A DNA stretch of 53,839 nt from Minisyncoccota bacterium (GTDB lineage Bacteria; Patescibacteriota; Minisyncoccia; Minisyncoccales; JAQTVQ01). The DNA is taken from assembly GCA_028706715.1 (NCBI GenBank), contig JAQTVQ010000004.1, forward strand, positions 1 to 53,839. The letters are read 5' to 3'. Below are positions 44,861-52,835 of this stretch, in pieces. Within the stretch, counting starts at the first letter, position 1. Every line of letters starts with the position of its first letter. The notes below the pieces were generated by a model. The model saw only the letters and a program-made list of their open reading frames with translations, searched no databases and had not been told where the DNA came from. The translations under genes were made by a program, and so were the position numbers.

Positions 44861-46648
44861 ATGGAAACGAAATCTTGCAAATGCCAAAATTGCGGGCTAA
44901 CTTCAGAATCATTTTTTATCGCTGATGCTAAAAATTTTAGAAAAAATATCTCCCGTATAACCGAAGGCGAAATAGGCATTTGCAGTCTTTGCAACAATTG
45001 TTATTCTAAAAGAAAAGATTGTTTAGAGGCGATTATTAATACTGCGAAAGATAAAAAAATAATAGTGGCCGGACCCGGCACAGGAAAAACACATACATTT
45101 GGTGAACTTTTGAAGCAACTACCGGCAGAGGGAAGGGCTATCGTCTTCACTCTTATAAATAACTTGGTTTTTGATTTGAAAAAAGAATTAAGCTCTATCG
45201 GAAATAACAATATTAAAGCAACTACATTCCATGGATTTTGCAGGGAAATGCTTCACTCGAAAATTCATTTTAAGCCCGGTTTTGAATATTTCCCGAAATT
45301 AACGAAGTTGATTTGTGCGGATGCAGATTTATTGTCTTCTGGATTTTCAAAAGAAGACTTTGACAAAAGCTTTGCAAATTTAGATGAAAATAAGGCGATG
45401 GAGTTCTATTTAGAAAGAGCAGACTACTACAATTCCGCAAGCCATAATGATGCTGTTTTTAAAATTTATAATTTTTTAAAAGAAAATACCGAAGAAATTC
45501 CTGAATATGAAATAGCGATTGCCGACGAATACCAAGATTTTAATCTTCTTGAGTCTTCATTCATAAATCTTCTTGCAACTAAAAATAAAATCTTAATCGC
45601 AGGTGACGACGATCAAGCATTATATAAATTTAGATTTGCCGAAAAGAAATTTATAAGAGATTTAAGAAAAAACACTGACTTCCAATTTTTTCCATTGCCA
45701 TTTTGCAGTCGTTGTAGTCCGGTTTTGGTTGATGCAACCAATTATTTTGTAAAAAAGGCTCAAATGGATGGGTTACTTAAAGAAAGAATTCCAAGGGATT
45801 ATCTTTGTTATTGGCCGGATAAATATATTGAAAGTATAAATTATCCTAAAATCTTTGTTGCACATTGTTCTACCGCAAAGACGATGAATGAGTTTATTGT
45901 GGCTCGTATCCAAGAAATTAAACAGGCAGAATCTATTGATGGTACTGAAAAAGACATACAATTCCTTATTATAGGTCCAGAATCAGGGTACCATATAAAT
46001 AACTTAGCTGTTTGTTTAAAAGAAAAACTTGACGGAAGTATTTATGAAATTCAAACTGCCAAAGAAAAGGAAGCTCTGACGATAGATGAAGGCTATTCAA
46101 TTATCCAACGAGGCAATAATAATTTAGGATGGCGCATTGTCATGGAACTCGATCCAATAGATGGCCAAGCAGATATTATTAACAGATCTTATGAAGCTAA
46201 GGCGGGCCTTGAGGGTTTGCTTCCTGTGGAATATATTGAAAAACATCAAACATCAATATCTGGGAGAGCTGGCATCGCCGACGAAAATGTTTGTTTGTCT
46301 GAAGACGAACTTCCCGAAGAAAACAATAATCGGAAGATTAAGATTAGGATGACAAATTTTTACGGATCGAAAGGTCTCACCGCCCTACATGTTTTTGTAA
46401 TAGGGTTAAACAATAGAACTTTCCCAAAGAATCCTGACAATATCAAAGATGACGAAATATGCAAATTTATTGTTTCATTAACTAGGGCAAAAAAATCTTG
46501 TACGCTTGTTCCAAACAGAGAATATAACTATGAACTTCAAAGATCGGTTGACTCGCCATCGATTTTTATTGGCATGTTGCCTCAAGATAAACTACTAAAA
46601 CAAGAATATAGAATCAAAAAAGGGCAATTACAATTAGAGGGGCAGTAG
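44861..46648 (+). CDS. Short UvrD/Rep-like SF1 helicase-domain protein with an N-terminal Cys-rich (zinc-ribbon-like) segment
   Basis: CKCQNCG...CSLCNNC; motif I IIVAGPGTGKTHT; motif II IADEYQDFN; motif III LIAGDDDQALYKFRFA; motif VI YGSKGLTALHVFVIG; LTRAKKSC. Confidence 0.7.
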   Translation: METKSCKCQNCGLTSESFFIADAKNFRKNISRITEGEIGICSLCNNCYSKRKDCLEAIINTAKDKKIIVAGPGTGKTHTFGELLKQLPAEGRAIVFTLINNLVFDLKKELSSIGNNNIKATTFHGFCREMLHSKIHFKPGFEYFPKLTKLICADADLLSSGFSKEDFDKSFANLDENKAMEFYLERADYYNSASHNDAVFKIYNFLKENTEEIPEYEIAIADEYQDFNLLESSFINLLATKNKILIAGDDDQALYKFRFAEKKFIRDLRKNTDFQFFPLPFCSRCSPVLVDATNYFVKKAQMDGLLKERIPRDYLCYWPDKYIESINYPKIFVAHCSTAKTMNEFIVARIQEIKQAESIDGTEKDIQFLIIGPESGYHINNLAVCLKEKLDGSIYEIQTAKEKEALTIDEGYSIIQRGNNNLGWRIVMELDPIDGQADIINRSYEAKAGLEGLLPVEYIEKHQTSISGRAGIADENVCLSEDELPEENNNRKIKIRMTNFYGSKGLTALHVFVIGLNNRTFPKNPDNIKDDEICKFIVSLTRAKKSCTLVPNREYNYELQRSVDSPSIFIGMLPQDKLLKQEYRIKKGQLQLEGQ

Positions 46649-46695
46649 GAAATTTCCTGTTTTATTAGGGATATTTAATCAAATATTAAAACGGC

Positions 46696-46842
46696 CTGTT
46701 TTTGCTTCAAAATCAACCAGTTTTAGTTTCCGACCATTCCCCCCGACAAGGCGCGCCACGCGCGCAAAATTTTTTAACCAAAAGAGCGGATTTGATTCCG
46801 CCCTTGCGACAAAACGAGTTTGTATTAAACAATTCGGCTGCG
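46696..46842. repeat. Right copy of the 147-bp inverted repeat (IR-R)
   Basis: See IR-L. Similarity stops exactly after ...caattcggctgcg (46842). Confidence 0.9.
46696..46842 (+). pseudogene. Orphan 3'-terminal fragment equivalent to the serine recombinase tail
   Basis: ORF 46702-46923 begins LQNQPVLVSDHSPRQGAPRAQNFLTKRADLIPPLRQNEFVLNNSAA. The recombinase tail reads LQNQPVLASGHSPRQGAPSAQNFLTKRADLIPPFQQNEFVLNNSAA. No recombinase body lies upstream of the fragment. Confidence 0.7.
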
Positions 46843-46924
46843 CATTCCGATAATCTGCAAACTTTGACTATTGTTTTGCCAAATACAATCCATCAGTCAA
46901 AAGAGAGGGTTTTGCAGGATTAAT

Positions 46925-47042
46925 CTGCCCCCGACTGAGCGTCGCTTGCCCTTCCGAACTGCGGTTCTCCAGGGCGGCGCTCGCAAAGGGGCAGCCGGGC
47001 TCGAATTGGGCTCAGGCCAACGCATTTTAGCCGCAGGTGGGG
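46925..47042. other. GC-rich, strongly self-complementary non-coding segment (candidate structured RNA or recombination site)
   Basis: Nested helices: ctgcccc (46925-46931) with ggggcag (46988-46994); gagcgtcgc (46937-46945) with gcggcgctc (46974-46982); gaac-tgcg-gttc (46956-46967). There is also a possible long-range pair, ctgcgg (46959-46964) with ccgcag (47031-47036). Confidence 0.4.
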
Positions 47043-47082
47043 GTAAAAAGGGGAATTTAAAAATATATAAAATAATATAAAT

Positions 47083-47100
47083 CGAAGCCAGCAGGCTTCG
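47083..47100. terminator. Isolated hairpin cgaagcc-agca-ggcttcg upstream of dcm
   Basis: A 7-bp perfect stem with a 4-nt loop and an A/T-rich flank, but no clean T-run. Confidence 0.3.
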
Positions 47101-47183
47101 CGAAATTTTAAAAAATTTTAAATTGAAAAAAGTCGGCAAAAAGAGTAAATTCAATACATAAAGATAGGGTTTTAAAAATCAAA

Positions 47184-48164
47184 ATGCCCGTTAATTCAAA
47201 CAAAAAGAAACTGACTTTTATCGACCTTTTCGCAGGAATAGGCGGTATTAGGTTAGGCTTTGAATCGGCAGGCTTCGAATCAGTTTTCGCAAATGATTTT
47301 GATCCAAAGGCTTCAGAAACATATAAGGCAAATTTTGGCGATTCAATAGATACCTCTAATATAAAAGACGTTATAAAGGATGGCATGGGTAAAATTCCTA
47401 AAAAATTTGATGTTTTAGCCGCCGGGTTCCCGTGCCAGCCTTTCTCAATAGCGGGCCATAGGTTAGGATTTGCCGATAAGGAGAGGGGCAATTTGCTCTT
47501 CGCTGTTATTGAAATTTTAAGAACAAGAAAACCCAAAGCTGTTTTTTTGGAAAACGTCAAAAATTTGCAGAAACACGATGATGAAAAAACATACAAAAGG
47601 ATAGAAGAAGAAATGCGCGGAGCAGGATATACCATAAAAGCAGAGGTTCTTAACAGCATGCATTACGGGAACGTACCTCAAGCGAGGGAAAGAATTTATA
47701 TCGTTGGTTTTCAAACGCCGCGCGCTTTGATGAAATTTCATTTTCCCGAGAGCCAGCTTTTGACTAAAAGCGTTTTAGGATTGCTCGAAAAATCAGTAGA
47801 CGAGAGATTTTATTACAACGAAGAAGACGAATTCATTTATCCGAAGCTTAAAAAGGATGTTAAGTCGAGGGAAAGAGTATACCAATATAGAAGAATATAT
47901 GTCAGAGAAAATAAAAATGGAGTTTGCCCAACTCTTACAGCCAGTATGGGAATGGGCGGGCATAATGTTCCGATCATCAAAGACCATAAGGGAATAAGGA
48001 AGCTAACTATGCGAGAATGCGCCCGCTTGCAGGGATTTCCCGAATCATTTATATTGCCTTCGCATCTTTCGGATACGTCAATCTATAAACAGATCGGCAA
48101 TTCAGTAACAGTTCCGGTTATAGCCAAAATAGCCGAAAATATCCGGGTAGCATTAGAGTCGTAA
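47184..48164 (+). CDS. dcm: DNA (cytosine-5)-methyltransferase
   Basis: Motif I FIDLFAGIGGIRLGFE, motif IV GFPCQPFSIAG, motif VI FLENVKNL, motif VIII QARERIYIVGF, motif IX RKLTMRECARLQGFP, motif X QIGNSVTVPV. Confidence 0.9.
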   Translation: MPVNSNKKKLTFIDLFAGIGGIRLGFESAGFESVFANDFDPKASETYKANFGDSIDTSNIKDVIKDGMGKIPKKFDVLAAGFPCQPFSIAGHRLGFADKERGNLLFAVIEILRTRKPKAVFLENVKNLQKHDDEKTYKRIEEEMRGAGYTIKAEVLNSMHYGNVPQARERIYIVGFQTPRALMKFHFPESQLLTKSVLGLLEKSVDERFYYNEEDEFIYPKLKKDVKSRERVYQYRRIYVRENKNGVCPTLTASMGMGGHNVPIIKDHKGIRKLTMRECARLQGFPESFILPSHLSDTSIYKQIGNSVTVPVIAKIAENIRVALES

Positions 48165-48171
48165 TAAAAAA

Positions 48172-48579
48172 ATGGCAGATGTTTTTTCGAAGAAAAAGCG
48201 CAGTGAAATAATGTCAAAGATCCGCAGCAAAGATACGGGCATAGAAAAAATTGTTTTTGCCTATCTTAGAAAAAATAATATTTATTTCCAAAAACATTAT
48301 TCAAAGATTCCCGGGAAGCCGGATATTGCCTTGCCTTCCCAAAAGAAGGCAGTTTTTATAAACGGAGATTTCTGGCACGGCTACCGGTTCGGCGATTGGA
48401 AGGATAGATTGCCAAAGGATTATTGGAAAAATAAAATTGCAGGCAACATCAAGCGGGACGCAAAAAATTATAGGCTTCTGAGAAGAAAGGGATGGAGGAT
48501 ATTAAAGGTATGGAGCCATCGCCTAAAAAAGTCGCCGGTTGCAGAGTGCCAAAAAATAGCTGATTTCCTTAAAAAATAG
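48172..48579 (+). CDS. vsr: Very-short-patch repair endonuclease
   Basis: KKKRSEIMSKIRSKDTGIEK, GKPDIALPSQKKAVFINGDFWHG and KVWSH are Vsr family blocks. It starts 7 nt after dcm. Confidence 0.85.
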   Translation: MADVFSKKKRSEIMSKIRSKDTGIEKIVFAYLRKNNIYFQKHYSKIPGKPDIALPSQKKAVFINGDFWHGYRFGDWKDRLPKDYWKNKIAGNIKRDAKNYRLLRRKGWRILKVWSHRLKKSPVAECQKIADFLKK

Positions 48580-48597
48580 GATTATATTGCATAGGTA

Positions 48598-48628
48598 TTG
48601 ACAATAATGTAAATGTGGAATACATTTA
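48598..48628 (+). promoter_or_regulatory. Candidate promoter with an overlapping inverted-repeat operator
   Basis: TTGACA (48598-48603), a 17-nt spacer, then TACATT (48621-48626). A perfect 7-bp inverted repeat, TAAATGT-ggaat-ACATTTA (48610-48628), spans the spacer and the -10 element. Confidence 0.45.
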
Positions 48629-48655
48629 TATTTAAAGTTATCTAATTGTATTTTT

Positions 48656-48874
48656 ATGGAAAACAAGCGCAGAGAAAATTTTAAACGCCTTGCCGAAGCA
48701 AGAACCAATCAGGTTTTAAAAAAGCTGAAGGTTCTTGGCAATTGCTCGAATAGAAGCTCTTATGATTACACAGAGGAAGAGGTCAATAAAATATTTTCCG
48801 AAGTGGAAAAGAAAATCCGAGAGGTGAAAGCTAAATTTACTTTTCCCAACAGACAGAAAGAATTTAAACTGTAA
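48656..48874 (+). CDS. 72-aa basic helical protein, first gene of the operon (unknown; possible regulator)
   Basis: The ORF ends 6 nt before the next gene. It reads MENKRRENFKRLAEARTNQVLKKLKVLGNCSN... and shows no recognisable HTH. Confidence 0.5.
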   Translation: MENKRRENFKRLAEARTNQVLKKLKVLGNCSNRSSYDYTEEEVNKIFSEVEKKIREVKAKFTFPNRQKEFKL

Positions 48875-48880
48875 ATACTT

Positions 48881-50770
48881 ATGGCAATATTTTCAAGAAT
48901 TAAACCAAAAACTAAAGCTGAACCAGAAAATTCTTTAACATGGTATTTCCCAAGTACTGATCACTGTTCGGTAGATGGTTTTGCTGATTCGCAATTAGAG
49001 TATTTTCAGGGAAATCACGAAAAATACATAGCAAGAGAAGCGATACAAAATGCCGTAGACGCCCGTAGCAACAGCGAAAGGCCAGTAATTATTATTTTTG
49101 AAAAGTTCGATCTTTTAGTCTCTCAAATTCCGGGATGGCAAATGTTGTTAGATAGGTGCAAAAGATGCCTTGATTTTGACAAAGGGCAAGAAAAATCAGA
49201 AATTTTTTTTCGCAATGCAATAGAATTATTAAAAAGCGAAACAGTTTCGGTATTAAAGATAAGCGATTACAATACCATTGGCCTTTCGGGACAAGATGAC
49301 GACCGTAGCGGTGGCTGGTATCGGTTAGTTCGAGCCGATGGAGTTAGTTCTCCCAAAGGAGTAAGTGGAGGTTCTTTCGGAATAGGGAAAGGAGCTCCCA
49401 TCGCTGCTTCGCAGCTGAGAACTGTTTTTTATTCCAGTATTAACGATAAAAATGAGCCGGTATTCCAAGGCAAGGCCCGCCTCGTAAGCCATTATGGCGA
49501 GGATGATGATGTTAAGCGCGGGATCGGATTCTACGGCATTGACGGATACCGTTCAATAAGAGACGCAAAGCTTATACCTGATATTTTCGAAAGGAAAGAG
49601 CGTGGAACGGATATTTTCATTATTGGGTATGATGCGGGCGAAAAATGGAAGGAAAAATTAATTGAATCCGTAATGGAAAATTCTTGGCTTGCAATTTACG
49701 ATGGCGATCTCGAAGTAATTATTCGCGACGGCGATGAAAAAATTATAAATAAAAATAACCTCAAGGATTATTTTTCTAATTACGAAACAGGCGAATCAGC
49801 TTTTTTCTACGAAGCTAGAACGAATTGGACTCAGAAATTTGAAAAAGAATTAAAACATCTTGGGTCGGTTGCGCTTTTTGTTAAGAAACATGATTGCTAT
49901 CCCGGGGAGGTCATGATGGTGCGCAAACCAAAAATGCTAGTGGAAACAAAAGCCTATAGGGCGCTTAGGGAGCCATACGCAGGAGTTTTTATATGCGACA
50001 ACGATAAGGGCAATTTTATGTTAAGAGATTTAGAAATTCCAACTCACGATAAATGGGATAGAGATCGGGCAAAAAATGGATGGGCGGCGATGGGCGAGCT
50101 GGATTTGTTTATTAAAGAATCTCTGAAAAGCATGGGGCAAACATCCAGCAACGAGCCGCAAGACATTCCGGGATTAGATCGCTATCTTCCAGATAGCGAC
50201 GATAGGGATTATCTGTCCGAATCGGAAGAGATGCCAACGCAACCGACCGAATCTGCAGAAAATGAAGAATCAGGCAGGGAAATCGGAGCAGTCAAAGAAC
50301 CTACCTCTGAGGAAGTTGAGGGCATATTAAGAAAAGTTAATGTAAAAAGCCCATCGATTGGAAGCGGTTCACTGCCCGGTGGCGGAGAATCGAACAAGAC
50401 AACCGGCGGCGATAATGAGGGCACTGGCAGTGGAGATGAAGAAGGAGACCGCCAAGGGAAACGGATTAGGACGGCAGATGTTAGCTTCAGAAGTTTTGTC
50501 CAAAAAACGAAACATGGAATTGAATACCATTTTGCTATTTTGGGCCGCGAAGAATGCGACGGTTCGATCAGAATAGTGGCAGTCGGCGATGACGGAAATT
50601 ATTCAGTCGATTTGGCAAATGCCAAGGATGTAGATTCCCAAAAAGAATTGGAAATTAGCGGAGCATTTATTAAAGGATTATCAATCAGAAAAGGCAAAAC
50701 TGTCCGTCTTTCGGTCAGCTTAAAGTCGAGAAAAAAATACTCATTAGCAATAGAAAACTATGAAGGTTAA
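48881..50770 (+). CDS. GHKL-superfamily (MORC/Hsp90/sacsin-like Bergerat-fold) ATPase-domain protein
   Basis: N-box AREAIQNAVDA (aa 51-61), G1 ISDYNTIGLSG (aa 127-137), G2 GGSFGIGKGA (aa 163-172). An acidic Gly/Ser-rich linker spans about aa 425-525, and a roughly 100-aa C-terminal domain follows. Confidence 0.65.
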   Translation: MAIFSRIKPKTKAEPENSLTWYFPSTDHCSVDGFADSQLEYFQGNHEKYIAREAIQNAVDARSNSERPVIIIFEKFDLLVSQIPGWQMLLDRCKRCLDFDKGQEKSEIFFRNAIELLKSETVSVLKISDYNTIGLSGQDDDRSGGWYRLVRADGVSSPKGVSGGSFGIGKGAPIAASQLRTVFYSSINDKNEPVFQGKARLVSHYGEDDDVKRGIGFYGIDGYRSIRDAKLIPDIFERKERGTDIFIIGYDAGEKWKEKLIESVMENSWLAIYDGDLEVIIRDGDEKIINKNNLKDYFSNYETGESAFFYEARTNWTQKFEKELKHLGSVALFVKKHDCYPGEVMMVRKPKMLVETKAYRALREPYAGVFICDNDKGNFMLRDLEIPTHDKWDRDRAKNGWAAMGELDLFIKESLKSMGQTSSNEPQDIPGLDRYLPDSDDRDYLSESEEMPTQPTESAENEESGREIGAVKEPTSEEVEGILRKVNVKSPSIGSGSLPGGGESNKTTGGDNEGTGSGDEEGDRQGKRIRTADVSFRSFVQKTKHGIEYHFAILGREECDGSIRIVAVGDDGNYSVDLANAKDVDSQKELEISGAFIKGLSIRKGKTVRLSVSLKSRKKYSLAIENYEG

Positions 50771-51605
50771 TACTAAATCATATCCTCATCCGGTATTGGG
50801 CAACGGAGACGACATCCAAGGATCATTTAAGGCGGCTTTTACCTACGAGTTGGGTAGAAATAATATTGTCTTAAACCCGGTATTTACGCTTGAAAATAAA
50901 ACTATTGATGGCCTTATTAAAAAGGGAAAAGCAGCTTTTGTTACTGAAGCAGAGTGCCGCAATACTTTTTTTAGAGCCAGCTTTTCATCGAACAACCCGG
51001 CGGAAAAATTTACTATTCCCGCAAGAATTTTGCGGGAGCGCGTTTCAGTAGGTTTTTATATTTGCGCTAACGAAGACATCAAAAATTATAAACCGGACGG
51101 ATGCCATACCGACTATGAAGGCACTTCGTTTGAGATTGATAAGGGAGATGTTCTTGCCGTCGGCGGAAGCTGTGATTTTATAGCCGCGAAAAATTTTGAT
51201 CCGTTGCGTCCGCCCGTTTCTTCTTTTATGTCGATAAGAGAAGGGCGCTTTCATGAAGGGCCGATTGAAATTGATTATACTTCGGATAAAATTACTATTG
51301 AGCTTTCAAAATCAGACTGGCAGAATTACGGAAACATCAGGAGCCAAAAAGTTGCCGAAGGCGCTTTGCACGCTTCAGTGGTTCTCCCGGTTTTAGTAGA
51401 CGCAATTTATAAGGTGCAAAACGAAAGCTCCGAGTATGGCGACCAAAATTGGTTTGGAAGATTGGATGCCATACTTGACTCAAAAAGCTTAAAGAAAAGA
51501 GAGCCCTTTGAAGCTGCGCAAAAAATTCTTGATAATCCGTCCGCAAGGAATTTTCAAAGCATAAATTCTATGCTTGGATTCAATTCGGCAGAAGACAATG
51601 GCTAA
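50760..51605 (+). CDS. Unassigned 281-aa protein
   Basis: Its start overlaps the upstream stop (ATGAAGGTTAA). The N-terminus is KSYPHPVLGNGDDIQGSF. I can assign no catalytic motif. Confidence 0.55.
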   Translation: MKVNTKSYPHPVLGNGDDIQGSFKAAFTYELGRNNIVLNPVFTLENKTIDGLIKKGKAAFVTEAECRNTFFRASFSSNNPAEKFTIPARILRERVSVGFYICANEDIKNYKPDGCHTDYEGTSFEIDKGDVLAVGGSCDFIAAKNFDPLRPPVSSFMSIREGRFHEGPIEIDYTSDKITIELSKSDWQNYGNIRSQKVAEGALHASVVLPVLVDAIYKVQNESSEYGDQNWFGRLDAILDSKSLKKREPFEAAQKILDNPSARNFQSINSMLGFNSAEDNG

Positions 51606-52404
51606 AAAACAATTCCAAAAAATATTTAGAGGGGCAGCTGTAGACCGATTGCGTTCTGAATTGAGATCGGGAGATTCATTACAACAGTATTATGATGCAG
51701 ATTTTTCTACACAAGAAAAAGAGCTTTTGCAATCTACCATAGAAGTAGGCGATAAGCCGCCAGCATTAAAGACGCCAAAGGAGGACATAGTTTCCGCAGA
51801 TCTTGAGAATGCAATCATGCTTCACGGTTATTATAAGGATATCGACGAAACGCAGGCGTCTGATCCTCGTTTTTGGGCGTATCTTAGCCATGTTCAATTC
51901 AGAGGCTATGCTTTAGCTCGCTGGGGTATGCCTGAAAAATATAGGAACGTAACAAACGACGCGGAGAAGAAAAAAGCGATAAATCAAATATTCGATCATT
52001 GGTTTGTAGATAAAAATGACCGCGACTTAAGGCGCCATGCGCTTGCCCGTTTGTGGTGGGCGGCATATTTAACTTATGCGCCTTGGGAAAGAGAGCCTGA
52101 ATTTTTTTCTGATTTTAAGAAAGAAGACCCCTACTACTACACGAAAGTCATGCTTTCAACGCAGGATATATTCCAGCAGGTTTTGGAGCGTTCGATGGGC
52201 CGTTCTAACAGAATATTAATTTCGATACTCGATTATTTAGACAAAAATAAGGAATTTGCTGCTTCCAGGGACAACATAAGAGACTTAATAAAAGAATTGA
52301 ATCTTGTTTATGGAACGAAAAAAATTATTACCCTCAGCAGAGAATCTATGTTTGACTTAATAGACCAAACGGCGACTGAAATAAAAAAAGGAGAGGTAAT
52401 TTAG
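51598..52404 (+). CDS. Unassigned ~269-aa protein (Trp/Arg-rich helical)
   Basis: ATG 51598 overlaps the upstream stop (ATGGCTAA); an alternative ATG lies at 51574. Blocks: ASDPRFWAYLSHVQFRGYALARW and RHALARLWWAAYLTY. Confidence 0.55.
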   Translation: MAKKQFQKIFRGAAVDRLRSELRSGDSLQQYYDADFSTQEKELLQSTIEVGDKPPALKTPKEDIVSADLENAIMLHGYYKDIDETQASDPRFWAYLSHVQFRGYALARWGMPEKYRNVTNDAEKKKAINQIFDHWFVDKNDRDLRRHALARLWWAAYLTYAPWEREPEFFSDFKKEDPYYYTKVMLSTQDIFQQVLERSMGRSNRILISILDYLDKNKEFAASRDNIRDLIKELNLVYGTKKIITLSRESMFDLIDQTATEIKKGEVI

Positions 52405-52417
52405 TAATTTAAGCAGT

Positions 52418-52822
52418 ATGGAAAATAAGCAAAAACATCTTGAGTTTATTCAGAACATTATTGGCAGAATGGCAGGTAATTTATTTTTCTTAAGGGGTTG
52501 GTCGATAACATTAATCGCGGCACTGCTTGCACTAATTGCCAAAGGGGGGAGCTCTAACTATATTATTTATTTTCTCATTGTCCTTACTTTGGTTTTTTGG
52601 ATTTTAGACGGCTATTTTCTTTCTCAGGAGCGTTTATTCAGGAATCTATACGATCATGTGAGAAAATTGAAAGAAGATGAAATAGATTTTTCAATGGATA
52701 CAAACGAATATAAAAAATACAAGAAAAATACCGTAATATATGCGATGTTTTCGTCTACTCTTTTGACTTTTTATTTGCCCTTAATCATCGTTGCGCTGTT
52801 AATCGCTTATTTAATGAAATAA
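52418..52822 (+). CDS. Small multi-pass (3-4 TM) membrane protein
   Basis: HLEFIQNIIGRMAGNLFFLRGWSITLIAALLALIA, IIYFLIVLTLVFWILDGYF and LLTFYLPLIIVALLIAYL. Confidence 0.55.
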   Translation: MENKQKHLEFIQNIIGRMAGNLFFLRGWSITLIAALLALIAKGGSSNYIIYFLIVLTLVFWILDGYFLSQERLFRNLYDHVRKLKEDEIDFSMDTNEYKKYKKNTVIYAMFSSTLLTFYLPLIIVALLIAYLMK

Positions 52823-52835
52823 ATACAAATTTATT

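Larger units (their letters stand above)
43153..46842. mobile_element. 3.7-kb recombinase/XRE/helicase module bounded by inverted repeats; proximal part of a tRNA-Gln-linked genomic island that runs to at least the window end
   Basis: It abuts the tRNA 3' end, carries a serine recombinase and has 147-bp IRs. The cargo downstream is accessory/defence-type, and a second recombinase fragment lies at 53706-53839. Confidence 0.6.

Noticed and set aside
46871-47154. ORFs 46871-47080 (+) and 46897-47154 (-) in the spacer before dcm
   Set aside because: They are mutually overlapping, Arg/Gly/Pro-rich translations of GC-rich hairpin DNA with no start context. The region is treated as non-coding structured DNA.
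657-47659. Long antisense ORFs inside well-supported genes (e.g. 657-1199, 10963-11415, 12237-12839, 14497-14856, 36267-36674, 37850-38245, 47108-47659)
   Set aside because: They are shadow ORFs opposite genes with clear family motifs. Their composition is biased (Ser/Pro/Leu/Phe-rich) and they have no motifs.
50760-51605. PD-(D/E)xK nuclease motif in the 281-aa protein (GDD … EAECR)
   Set aside because: The spacing and the Arg in place of Lys do not fit convincingly. I cannot claim a nuclease from sequence inspection alone.
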